Assembly: GCF_902652985.1 (NCBI RefSeq)
Contig: NC_047028.1
Span: forward strand, 35,464,001-35,528,000
Direction: 5' to 3'
DNA: 64,000 nucleotides
Origin: Pecten maximus
Lineage: Eukaryota
Shown here: in pieces, positions 1 to 13,400 of the stretch
Layout: each line of letters begins with the position of its first letter
Position numbering within the stretch: position 1 is the stretch's first letter
Position numbers and translations under genes: made by a program
The notes under the pieces: generated by a model
Told to the model about the DNA's origin: nothing
Seen by the model: only the letters and a program-made list of their open reading frames with translations
Database searches by the model: none

Positions 1-198
1 TGACGTCATCGATTCGCATGATACCGCCCTAATAAATAGTAGCAACCACGATTTTGTTTTCCTTTTTTTTCATTTCTGATTATTGATAAATATTGACCTA
101 GTGATATGTATGTTGTTTTTGTAACTTTGGTAAGTTTTATATTGTGAAATTGTTATTTTGAAGAGATGAACATTGTACGCAGAACTGTATTACGATAC

Positions 199-380
199 TT
201 TGGTTTGGTTTGTTTTGTTTAACTTCCTATTAACAGCCAGGGTCATTCAAAGACGTGCTAGGTTTCAAAGGCGGCAGAAAGCTGGAGTACCTGGAGAAAA
301 ACCACCGGCCTACGGTCAGTACCTGGCAACTGTCCCACTCAGGTTTCAAACTATCAACCAAGAGGTAGAGGGCTAGTGAT
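199..380 (-). mobile_element. 5'-truncated tRNA-derived SINE (duplicate at about 18578-18759)
   Basis: Same body and tail as the full copy at 13384-13609 (ggttttt/ctccaggtactcc core, ...gctgttaatag..gttaaacaaa tail). Confidence 0.85.
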
Positions 381-2282
381 GAACTTCAAATTTCAAAACG
401 CGATGAAGGCTTTCCATCCATTTCCTTTTCTTGGTCTGCCTCAGAAGGAAAACCTACATATGAAGTTAAATATAATACCCTGTACGTTCTCAAGAAATAG
501 CGATAACAAATTTTAGTTGATAGAATCGAAGAACGTTGTCCATTATACCCTGATCAAATTTAAAAGTGAATGTGCCAAATTAGCGCACAAGGGAAAGCTT
601 AATATCAACTTTGAGAAATTTAGCTTAAAAATGATACTTTGGTTTTATTTGAGGTCTGCTTTAAAGTGATATAAGCTGCAAAATAAAAAGTTATGAAACT
701 TCATGATAAACTATCTGTTTTATTTTGTAAAGTGTGTATTGTAAGGAAAGAAAAAAAGCCACCAGTGAAATGACAAGTTTTATATACAGATAAAAATGTA
801 TATTCAGATATTGTTTAGATTTAGAAAGTGTTTATTGTATAGAGTTTTCAGCAAGCTTGTCAGATTTTCAAACATTCTTAATTCTATTCCGGGTGACATT
901 TGTCATAGGCTTTGATGAAAAAACGTTAAAACTAAATATAGTATTGTTAAATTAATGTATATATATATATTATAATTGTAACATAATATACACTTCTGTA
1001 TCCAACCCTTGAGAGAGAGCTTCTATAGGCATTGGCCGTTTTCCCAACAAACATTGATTTTTTATTCAGTAAAATCTGTGTCAATTGAAACATTTATTTA
1101 GTTGACCGATTTTTTTCAGCATTATTTTTAGGCTTCAACATTTCAACACTTGCACAAAATAGATATTGAAGTCATTATCAAAGATCGGGTTTTACATGCA
1201 TTCCGTTGCTAGGAACAAAGGTTTTTATCAGAAACTTACCCAAACTGAAATGTAAGCCATTTCTATCGATGGTGAAATTGACATGCACGTCAATTATGAA
1301 TTGAAATTGTTATAGTTTATATCAAAATCACCAAGACATGACAAAATGGCGGGATACTCAAGAAATGGAGAAGCACAACATCGATGACATTTTAGTATTT
1401 TTTTCAAGAGATTTAAACCTAGAAAAGATCAGTGTATAAGATAAAGTATACGCATCAGTTACATATGAATAGCATGTCGAAAGAAAGACGTATTCAAGAC
1501 TCACAATCATAGAATATTCAAGTAAAACCGATACGCTCAGTTTATTAAATTTTAACTAAAATAGTCTGTCTGATCCCTGTGTTCATTATTGTTGCTTAAA
1601 AAATTCAAACATTAAAAGTCAAATATATTAACTTTACCGTCCGATAAAATTTCTTTGTTAAGCCATCTGGCCACGATCGACATAGCAGGAGTTTGCGATT
1701 CATATTTCTAACTATGTAAGGTAACGCGAGAATCATTTTGCCATTTTGAAATGAAACTGTTCTATTGAAAAACACATTGTCCGCGTTATCTGCGTTATCG
1801 CATCCCCAACAAAATGTCAACCATTGCCAGAGTATCAACATGAACAGAAGGGAAATCATTTGTGATATATACATGTTTTGAAGGCGTTAAAAGAAATATC
1901 AAGTTGTCTATAGACAATGACAGTTAAAACGAGATAAAATTGAACACGGACCAATTGCGTGATGCTTGATAAGTGATATAGGATAATAAGTTATAGATGT
2001 GAAATGGCTGGACAGATGTACAATTAGAGGATACCCCCCAAGTTAGATAGTCGGACAAAACTCTACTCCATTAGTACATGTACATTGATCCTTTTATTTC
2101 GCAAGTGTGTTGAGATGGGTATTACATGGAGAACTGAAAACTACCTTTTAGGAATATCAAGTATCATTTAACATTTAAATCATCTACATCTTACGACTTT
2201 CAATATATGAACGTCGATATCTTTAAAATAAGATATACCAAAAATCCAAAATAAACTGTCTGGTACATTGTATAGTAATGGC

Positions 2283-2480
2283 GGCGCCGCGGTGGCTGAG
2301 TAGTTAAGGTGTCTCGACGACACTTTATCACAAGCTCTACATCTCTGGGTTGCGCGTTCGAAACCCACGTGGGGCATTTGCCTGGTACTCCGGGTACTCA
2401 AGCTTTGCCCCATCTACAAAACCAGCCACGTCCTTAAATGACCCTGGCTGTTAATAGGACGTTAAACAAAATAAACCACA
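2283..2480 (+). mobile_element. tRNA-derived SINE (duplicate at about 20660-20855)
   Basis: A-box-like GTGGCTGAGTAGTTAAG, B-box-like GTTCGAAACC, family core, A-rich aaac tail. Confidence 0.9.
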
Positions 2481-2974
2481 ACTTCAACAGACCTTTTTGA
2501 CAAGAAAATTTTCTGCAGCAGCTACATTACATTACAGCGATACATAAAGTAATACTGATCTAAATATTGCAAAAATATTGTAGGATATAAGTTTTGTTTG
2601 TTTTTTCTTTTTTTTTTTCTTTCTAAAAATCATTTTTGTTTTTTTTCTGATTAGAACAAAAATATGTATAAGCAGTTTTATTAAAAGTGTAGATAGCACT
2701 CGAGATCTTCAAATTACTCTGATGAGAAAAGAAAAGTCGGAGGTGAGTATTGGTCTAAAAACGATATTTTGTTTACATTTCCGATCTGCTTTGACGTGAA
2801 GATCTAGAAAATGAAATGTTTTTAATGTTCGTGAATGATAGAGAATATATTTTATCTTGTAGTAATGAGTATTTTGTATCTATTTGTCCCATGCAAAGTA
2901 TCTTGGTCAGGAAACAATTACTTGACACATAAATGATATGTTTCTTCACTATTGCTCCACCTATGATATATTTA

Positions 2975-3210
2975 CTATAGAAAATGTGTATTGTATAGAC
3001 AGAACAGAGGTGTAAATCGTCACCAGTGAAATGGCAAGGTTTATATACAGTCTAGAAAGTGTATATTTTATAGACAGAACAGGGATGTGTATCGTCACCA
3101 GTGAATTTAGTGAAATGACAAGGTTTATATACGGTATAGAAAGTGTGTATTGTATAGACAGAACAGGGGTTATTTCGTCACCTGCGAAATGACAAGTTGC
3201 ATATATATAA
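2975..3210. repeat. Degenerate ~65-70 bp tandem repeat, about 3.5 copies (related unit at 725-845; duplicate at about 21130-21360)
   Basis: Repeated tagaaagtgtgtattgtatagacagaacagg...cgtcaccagtgaaatgacaag. Confidence 0.75.
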
Positions 3211-3540
3211 GAGGGTTCATTGTAAAGTGTTAAACACACAACAAAAGTCAGAACCATCATATTTTATCGATATAATCACACAGAGATGAAAATGTTTTGT
3301 GACAGAATTTATTACAACGGGAACTTAACTATGGTATACGCCAAAAACTCGATATATAAAATTCAAAGGGACATGAAAAACTTCTATATATCCCGAGTAC
3401 TCGAAGCAATATTGTATAACATATATGATACTTTTCCATCTTCACCGAATGTGTACTTTGAGCTAAGTAGGTCATTCGTGATATCAGATTTTGAGATAAC
3501 AAAGTTAGGTTGTATTATTTCAATTGGGTAATTAGATGCA

Positions 3541-4005
3541 AAACAAAAGGACCATGGGCCTTAACGGTCATCAAAGGTCAAAGTTTCAGTCAGCTTGATC
3601 ATTTTGGCGCCGGTCTTCAGCCTCTTGAATGTAAGTGATGCTAACATGTGAATGCCATCAAAATGTCATACCATACTGATCACTGTAACTAATTCCAATG
3701 TCATTTCAACAAATCAAATTAAGATTATATACTTTACCATTATAGAAACTACAGTATAGCTTACCCGCTTCCGGCGGGGCATACTGAGATCCCAGGTCAT
3801 GGAATTCACAATTTTGATAAAGCACCTTAAAACCTAAGATGAGTAATTTATTCTAACTTAATTGATTGTCCAGAAGAATATTTTAAAAAGAACAGGCGAT
3901 TTGACTTTTTTGCCCCGCCTCTCAGTACCAGTTTTGCAAATTTCAATTGTCGAACATAAGACGATGAGAAAAGGTCAATTGAGACATCGATCTCAGGTGA
4001 CATAA
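3541..4005 (+). mobile_element. Decayed pearl/HINE-like (non-autonomous Helentron) element (duplicate at about 21698-22163)
   Basis: 5' aacaaaagggaccatgggccttaacggtca resembles the start of the 54412 element. 3' stem-loop ggtcaattgagacatcgatctcaggtgac followed by A-run. Confidence 0.65.
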
Positions 4006-4445
4006 ATAGGAGAAAAAAAAATACAATAGAGTTTTGTTGACAGTCGAATACTGCATGTTCAATGTTTTATCAATATCAATGAATACTGGTGCCATGAATG
4101 CTCATCAGAAAACGTAACCTAAGTTACTTATATATTCATATTATTACAAATGCACATTTTACTAATATTTTGAAAGCTTCATATATTTGCTACTTTAAAA
4201 CTTGTATCAGATACCTACATTTTTGTAATATCTAACAATAAACAACTACAATTAGGACATGTTCATGTCATGCTTTATTTCACAAATCTACAAACAAAAA
4301 TGGAGTAATCCCCGTTCTTTCCAGCGGTGTCTTTCGCTAAGTTGTATTACACTTCTTGCAAAGACAGTTACCACGCCTCTAACAAACGACAGAGGAATTG
4401 ACGAGTCTTCAGACATACTCGGTTGAAATGGCTGTTAAAGTATAT

Positions 4446-7400
4446 TCATCTCGATTTCGCGTTAATCCTTCTGGTGTTTTTCTTTGACGTCGTCATTGCA
4501 ATCTGTTGTTCCTAATAATATAAACAAAAACAGATTGTTATTATTGATATACCGATTTCAAATCAGATATGCTACCACTTGTGTTAAGGGGAAAATCTTG
4601 TTCAAAAGACCATAGAGCCTTTTTAATTAAAAAAAAATATATATTTAGTTAATTTTTTCGAATAAGGGATATCTCCCACATGACCCACTGACTTAAAAGA
4701 TGTCTTGAAGTGTCTTGGAATCTACGATGTACCTTAAACAGTTAAGTCATTAGCCAATTCAGTAACGAGTTAATTTGATCCTACAAGAGATACTTTAATA
4801 ATGACAAAGTGAAAACATCTGCTCGCAATTCATTTACTTATAAATTGAGCCAAATTGAAATAATACAGTGTGCTTTCCACGTCTATGACAATCATGAGCG
4901 TTTTATTATTATTATCTTTTTATTTTATTAAAGTAATTTCATTTTTGCCATCTTTTATATTAGTCACATCGAAAATATTCCCAATTTTTCCACTAGAGTA
5001 ACCGAGATACAGGTTGGTTGATCGTGTCGACAGACACATTGGTAAGAGTAATTCACATTTTGTTGTTAAAAACCTGGCAACTTACTCTTTGTCGCTTCCT
5101 CCATATAGCTGAGGCCGTGTACAAGAATGGATTGATGGCAGCATTGATTGGCAAAACAAACACCATAACCCACGCATAAACGCCGTGCGGCATCTGGTAT
5201 CCAAATTTTGAAATCACTCCTGAAAATGTATAAATAAAAAATGCCTATATATATTGCTGACAACAGGAAGACCTATTCCGTTGACATTACATCCACCGAC
5301 CATTTAATAATAGTGAAATACAGAGAAATCCAATTGCTTTTTTTTTTTTTTTTATCTAAGAAGAAAAATCCTTACACAAACGAGAACGCACTCAATCTAA
5401 ATCACTTCATACATAATAGCGGATATCCTGCAATAGTGGTATGAAGGGTTACAGAAATTTAAAACAACAGGTAGAGTGACAGTAGCTTCTGTACCAAAAT
5501 ACTAATGTCTTTCAGTATGTGGCAAGTTTAAGTATTCTTTCAAAAGTACCCGATAGAATCATATATAGTATTCCACACTTGTAATTTATACATCCGAACC
5601 TTGTTATCTCGAAGTCAGTAGGGTCATGATACAATTACGAGATGTCCCGAGTATATCAAACATATGTTATCAATACTAATATATATTATGTCCGAACTGA
5701 ATTTTTACATTTTTACTTTGAGTAAGCATTGCGTTTGAGGTATCAGATTTCAGATGACGAAGCTCGACTGAATTTTGAACGCTACAGAATAAAACCATGT
5801 GTTAGATAAGTAAAACACTGGTCGAATATCGGTACCGTTATACAATATATTTAATGTTACATGGTTCAGGGGTGTATACACACATTGAATATACATTTTT
5901 TCTTCGAACTGTCGCCAAGAGCATCGATTTATATATAATATGTCAAACAATAGAAAATAAATATCTACAAAATTCACATACCCATTACGCCGATCGGAAA
6001 CCAACAGCAAAAGTCGGTCGCCACCACCATAAAGAGAGTTCTTGCTACAGATATATCCCGTTGACGAGACTGTGACGAGGCCATACGACGCCCTGGGCTT
6101 GAAATCAAACTTTTAAACATGCCGATTTGCCCTATGGCTATAGCTAAAAAGACGAGACAGTTGAGACAAACAAACACTGCAAACGAATATTCAGCACCTG
6201 GTTGTTCGATGTCAGTCAATGGTAAGGCGAGACATACCCCTGACTGAGAGTAGTATTCCCCCTTGAAGTAGGACTGCATGGAAATAACGGGGATGACTGC
6301 AAGTGTGGTAGAAATAAGCCACAGACACACTGAGACCACGGATGCCTGTTTCCACGAGATGTTCTGTTTGGAAAGACGGGACATTGGGAACATAATGACA
6401 ATGACTCGATCTATCGTCACCAGTAGAATAAGAAACGTCGACATCTCACTGGATATACTGGATAGAACTCCAGCTGTGGTACATAGAGTACTTCTTCTCC
6501 ATGTTTGGTTGTTCCATGCGTAAACACCGTTATAGTAGATGTCTACAATGCCTATCACAATCATGTAGACGCCCATTAGACAATCTGATAAACTCAAATT
6601 CAGTACAAAGAACGAATAACTCATTGTAAGATTATCTGTGTCTATGAATAGTCGGTAGAACATAACAGCAAAATTCCCAATTAAAGCACAAACTCCAATT
6701 ACCCAGAGAGATGTTCTTAGTGCAACTGAACCTATCAATGTATAACATGAAGATATCGCATCTCCTTCTGATTTGCAAGACAAATCTCCAAACCAACAAT
6801 CCGCCAACTTTTTATGATCTCTCAAACATCTATTGTCAGAAACAGACGGAGGCTTAACACAACACATGAATGGAGTATCGGTCAATAAAGTAGACAGATT
6901 ATCTAATCCTTCAAACATGTGTTCCTGTATATCTATTTTGTTACCTATGATGTTTAAAAGGTTTAATTGACTACAATTGGAAAATATTCCAGCAGGTAAC
7001 ATCGTGAAGCTATTGAACGATATATCAAGCAATCTAACAGAGGAAGGTAAAACAGGTATAATGGATAGGGTATTGTTGTTTAGTAAGATCGAGCTAAGCA
7101 CAGATAAACCACTGAAAATATCACCTGGAAGGATTTCTATCTGATTGTGACTTAGAGAAAGATAGTATAGTGTATGTAGTCCCATAAAGACATCAGTCGG
7201 AAGGCTCTTTATATGATTGTTACCTAGAGACAGATCTTTAAGTGTAGATTGTCCAGTAAAGATATAATTTGGAAGAGTTTGTATCTGATTGTTTACTAGA
7301 GATAGTTGGTAAAGTTTATATAGTCCAGTAAAGGTATCATCCGGAAGAATGTTTATCTGATTGTTATTTAAAAACAGATGTGTAAGCTTAGAAAGTCCAG

Positions 7401-10400
7401 TAAACACATTGGCTGGAAGGATTTCTATCCGATTTTTATCTAGATACAGATACGTAAGAGCGGTGAGTTCATTAAATATATCAGTTGGAAGGACTTTAAT
7501 CTGATTGTTATGTAGATACAGATGTGTCAGTGTAGATAATATAATAAAGACACCAGCTGGAAGGATTTGTATCTGGTTGTGACCTAGATTCAGATGCGTA
7601 AGTGTGGATAGTCCGGTAAAGACATCGGCTGGAAGGATTTGTATCTGGTTGTTACCTAGATTCAGATGCGTAAGTGTGGATAGTCCGGTAAAGACATCGG
7701 CTGGAAGGATTTGTATCTGGTTGTTACCTAGATTCAGATGCGTAAGTGTGGATAGTCCGGTAAAGACATCAGCTTGAAGCATTTTCATCCGATTTTTATG
7801 TAGAGATAGACGCCTAAGAGCAGACAGTTCATTAAATATATTACCATTTAAATGCGTGATCCTATTAGATGATAAACTTAATGACCGTAGACCTGACATG
7901 TGAGTGAACATATCACTAGCCACAAACGATATATTGTTTTCCGTTAACACCAAATTTTGTATATTATATAAACCTCTGGTGAAATTATCTGGTATTGCAT
8001 TCATGCCTCTTATTGCAAGATATGAAAAGTCTGAAAAGTTGACATAAAGTTTTAAAGGTGGATCGATCTTGTTAATGAAAAAGGAGATTTTCTTAAAGGG
8101 AGAACGTAAAGTACTGAGTGGAGTAGAGATGAAGCTGATAATTAAACCAGTACACATGCATTTTTGTGGGCATGGCTTGACACAGAAGGACTCGTCATCA
8201 GAATTGGTACACTGGGCTACACCGTCACAAACTTTCTCTATAGGAATAGTGGATTTACCACCACGACTAGGATATGGACAGTGGTGGTGCCATGTACAGT
8301 TGTATAGTTCTGTAACACAAAAATAACACATATTAGCACGATTGGGAGCATGGCAATCCCCTGTACAATTGTATTGTTCAGTAACATATAAATAGCGCAC
8401 GGTAACATTGGTGTTCCCTTGTACAGTAGTAAAGTTCTGAAGCACAATAATGATATATACCAACAAGATGTTGACAGTGTTGATTCCTTGTACACTTGTG
8501 AGTTTTGTAACAAGATAATAACACATTTAAACAATGAACTGCATTCCTTTTTGAGTTGAAGACTGATGAACACACTGTCTTACATGAAAATAGCACAAAG
8601 ATGGTTATAAACTTACCACAGTTGTCACCAGATTCCTGTCCTAGACATCGTATGGCACACCTGTAGCTGGTGTGTTGACAGAAGGACATCGGACATGCTA
8701 TAAACTCGTCCACACTAGTAGACGGTCTACCTGTTGTATAAATGTAAACTTATTTTAGAATAATCGAGAAAGATGATAATGGAGTTATGTCAAGAAGCAT
8801 TCAAAGGCAAAGAATTCAATTACCGTTCGTCGTAAGGTAGAAGGGGCAAACATGTCTATAGAAATTACGTCAGAATATATATAATGAAATATTACATATG
8901 ATTTTAAGGCCTTAACAGTTACATACCGAATTTTCTACGGCATGGTCGAAGGGTTAACACTCATGTTATAGTAGGCACTTGATAGATAAGTCCCAAAATA
9001 AAAATCGTAATTATACATCTATACTGTTTGTTTTATATTTATCCACAGATCCAAACATCAAATAACAATAGGCATACTAGCTTTTGTAGCATGCAGAAAT
9101 CACGCACATTCAATTTCACTTAATTTTCACATAATTAAATGCTTACTATTTTCATTACGATATTCAAAGGTTGATTGTAACACACTGTCAGTTCACTAAT
9201 ACATTGACTTTAGCGCCCCAATTCGAATAAAGTTTTATGGTAAAACAGATGGAAAATATCATAGCAATAATTATATTTGCAAATCGAATGGAAAAAAAAT
9301 TGTGTGGTGCTACTTTAAAAGTATTTAATAAATAACTACTCTATCATCAGCGTCACCACAGGGACCTGCCAATTTGTTAGTCTATATGCATTAGGACGTT
9401 CCCTTGTGTGTATACATAGCATATTTTCGGACGTTTTGGGGGAGGGCTAGGGATTAAAATTCGGCAAAAATCTACGCTGGTCCCTGTGCCAACACATAAG
9501 GATAGGTACAAATACACCTAGAATGTAACGAATTCGCAGTTCCCTTTGCTATCACATTATGATACAAACCTAGAATGTAACGAATTCGCAGGTCCCTTTG
9601 TTATCACATTATGATACAAACCTAGGATGTAACGAATTCGCAGGTCCCTGTGCTATCACATTATAATACACACCTAGAATTAACAAATCCACATGTCCCT
9701 GTGCCAACACTAACATCCCTCATGTTGATTTGCTCTGATTTAAACGCGTCTTACAGTAGGAGGAAACCCGGAGAAAGTCACGTGGTAGGCAGATGACATC
9801 ATTACTTCGTTATGTCCATTAGGGGATCTAAACGCTAGTTTAACTGTTGTCTTTTACACTTTGTTATCCAGTATTAACACTGGTTAGTATTAAGTACTAC
9901 CGTATAGCGGGAAATTTTAGCGGGGCTTTAATTTGGCGATTTGGCGGGTCCGTATATAGATCGCCAAAATTTAACCCGTCAAATTTTAACACCGTCAATT
10001 AAAAAGACGCGAACATTTCAATTTCGCCAATAGTTTCTGTTCCGACTGCCATTTACCTTTGATAACTTCCGAGAGTAACGACTGGTGCGTAACGTTGTTT
10101 GTTGCAAGGGGACTATCGACCAAAATGCCGATATGTATATACTAATAGCTAGTGAACAACTACTCACGATAATTGTATAGCAATACAAGTATGACATTTA
10201 TCGCCATCATAATTAATTTTTGTGAAAACAAAGCCATCTACCCATACCATTCAATGAACTGATGTTAACACTTTACCTGTAGACTCATTGTTAAACTTAC
10301 CTGTACATATACACATAATACAATAGATTACCACTGCAATATCACACGGCATATGTATGTGTTCGTCTGAAATTTTTTGGTAATAGTTTCCGGTTTCGAG

Positions 10401-13400
10401 ACAGAGGATCGATAATACACAACACACTTAATCAACATGGATAGGATGTATGGACATAACATAATTATCTATATAAACCAGTAGGTAATGTATATGCTCA
10501 ACGCCAAATTAAAACCCTAGATTTAAGGGAAATCGCTAAATTTTAACCCGCCAAAATTTAACTTTCAGTTCTCATGACCAAATCGCCAAATTTTATGACC
10601 GCTAAAATTTTCCGCTATACGGTATATACGTTACCTCCACGTTACTTTATGTAGTCAATATTATAAATGAAGATGTCAAGTTACTCTTCCTGTAAATATT
10701 TATATATTTGAAACCATTTGACTAGGCTGTGCTATAGCAATTAATATTGATGTAAAAGTATTATTATTTGTTCCAGAATTATCGTACAGACCGAATACAA
10801 ACACTTAATAATTAAGATAAACAATCTCAACTAAGAGTTATCAATGCGTGACAAGTCAAGGATCCCTTCCTAGCCCTCTCATTTTCTTTCTTAATCTAAA
10901 TGAAAATACCCCCCCCCCCCCCCCCCCCCCCCACTTGCTTTAAATAATAAACTATATAAAGAAAACCAGCTCAATTAGTTCTAGCAATGACAACATACCT
11001 CACTAACTAAGTGGATACCAATCCAGAACACATATATTATAGCATACTCTATTTTCCAGAGAATTAAACAAAAGTATCAAATGCTTTTCCGATAGAATAT
11101 TCGCTACTACAACAACTACTACTTGACTTTGTTAGTTGAATAATTATAAAGTTAAATTTAATAATAAGCATACAAACAATATAACATTTATCAAGAATAT
11201 CATGTCACTGATCTAGCGGTATGCTGTTAAACCTCACATCATTTGACATCCAGTTTGCTGGGACTTGATGTCAGAGGAGCCACTATTCCAACATTTAAAC
11301 ATAAGATACTTTATCTGTTTGTGAGGTGTCAACTGAACTGAAATCATGTCTTTCCAGTTTCCTCTGCGCTTCGGCACAGGCACAACTCAGGTCAATAACA
11401 TGCCCTGATTATTTTTACTAGCAACATATAAATGAAATTTGAAACATACAACTGAAGAATATAGGGCAAGAGAGGCATATTAGATAATGAAACAAAATCA
11501 ATCTATTGATGAAAATGGTGTATTGATATGTGTTAATTTCACTACTTTATAACCCACTTTATATGGTAGGCAATACTTATGCGACTTTTCACAAGAATTG
11601 TTGAATGTGCAACAGGAGTCAAACTACATTTATCTATATATTATATATGTGTATGTCTAAATGAAATAACTTTGACACAGCATTAAATAAAATAGATAAA
11701 AGAACGCAAGTCATATATGAAGGGAACCGAAAAGAAAAAAATAATTATGCAAAATACATAATGTTACAATAACTCTTCAAAAGTTGGAATCCGGTGAGAC
11801 AGTCTAGCCTTTCACACAGCTCTATGACTGTTTGTTTACCTACAGCATGGAGAAACATCTCGTCTAGAAATTGACGGATGCTGTCGACCCAGCAACGCAC
11901 ATTGTGCAAATCTCTAGACATCTTAACAGTTGGAATAATTTTGGCAAAAGCAATAAGGCTGAAAACATATAAATTTCCAATATGTTGTATGTCGACGCTG
12001 GTTTATGCTATGTTATCTTATGATTTTTGTTTTGCGTAAAAGTTACAGAACTGTATCAAATAGCGTTTTCATATTTTATAAGTCATTCACTCCATTCTGG
12101 TCAGTCCTGGTCAGCTGTTACCCCGACTTTTGAAAATAAAATCGTACTGTAAAAACCTGAAGAAAGAGTCTTAAGGAAAATTCCGTTCAGATATTGCACT
12201 CGTGTGGCAAATCAAAAACTAGAGACCCAGAGGGTCTGTACCGTTCACATAGTTTCGACCACACGTCAAAATAAATTCCATGTTCAATTTGTTAAAAACT
12301 TTATTTGTTTATGTCAAACAATGCTATATATTGTGATGTGGTGGGGATCTGAACTGCTTTAACGATATAACCCAGAAATGAAGTCCAGTCCACCTAGGGG
12401 TTTGAAAAGACGCAAGCGATTGCTTTTATAGCATGCTTGTGTTTAAAGAACACACGACTTATATTTAAACATCATTGTGTTTCTCTCTTTATTCCAAGCG
12501 GTGTTATATATGATTATGGGATGGAAATATGAAAGGTTTCAAAAATATTATTTTTTTATTTTTCCAAAGTTTGTTCACTACTTTATGATCCACAGACAAT
12601 TTTTTTAATGCACAGAATATTGTATATGGACTTGTAGATGTACAATTGTCTTCAATGGTTTCAAAAATATGACCAGAAACTGGATTGTGTTTAGCTCGTG
12701 GTTGTCGGTTAGAGTTCTGTACGACTTAAATATATAGCCAAGAACATATTTCCCTTGGGCTTGGAAAAGACCCCTTAACCTATTTCATAACAAGATATTG
12801 TTTATCTCTTGATGGGCAGTAATGCTAAATATGGTTATGAGGTGGAAGATCTCGACAGGTTAAGAAAATAAAACCAATAAACTAAATTTCTAGAGGTGGA
12901 GAAGGACCACAGGGCCTATTTTTACAGCATGCTTGTGTTTATATCTTGACCACAAGGTCAGGTGAGCCAAAATGCACGCGTAGGTAGATGTAAAACAAAA
13001 AAGTCTTACTTGTGAAATATGATTTTTATTAAATGGGAAAAGTCATCGAATGCTCACATGTTCTAATAGTTATGAAAACCTTTCAGCTCCCCATTCATAT
13101 TTTAACATGTTCCCTTTCAACCTATTTTTTCAGCTCCTTTGATCACCAACTGAGTCGTTAAGCATCACTGACGAGTCATTGACGTACAAAACAGTTGTAT
13201 GGCGCAGTTCGATTCATTTGTGAAAGGTACTTTTATCTTGTTTGTCTTTTGTTTAATTCTGTAATTGATGATAATTCATTTCTGTATTTCTTTCCTTTCG
13301 TTTATCTGTCGATATTCCTTTTCTCTGCGCAGTTTTAACATGTTCTGTTTTCTAACACTTAGAATACCGAATCAATCGAGAAAACTGGTTTGCTTTTGTT

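Noticed and set aside
6216-8326. Overlapping or antisense ORFs inside the LGR exon, conserved in both copies
   Set aside because: Shadow ORFs; their conservation only reflects ~99% DNA identity.
8310-8526. N-terminal 72 aa of the 850-aa ORF as a signal/TM segment
   Set aside because: Intronic: bounded by gtaagt at 8616 and cag at 8310, and frameshifted in copy 2.
10995-11075. Alternative signal-peptide exon (YAIIYVFWIGIHLV) before a gtatgt/gtgagg donor
   Set aside because: No in-frame ATG before an upstream stop; exon 15150-14907 is a much better start.
11840-11911. Extra phase-1 LGR exon (DLHNVRCWVDSIRQFLDEMFLHAV)
   Set aside because: The matching frame in copy 2 has a TGA, and the acceptor is weak.
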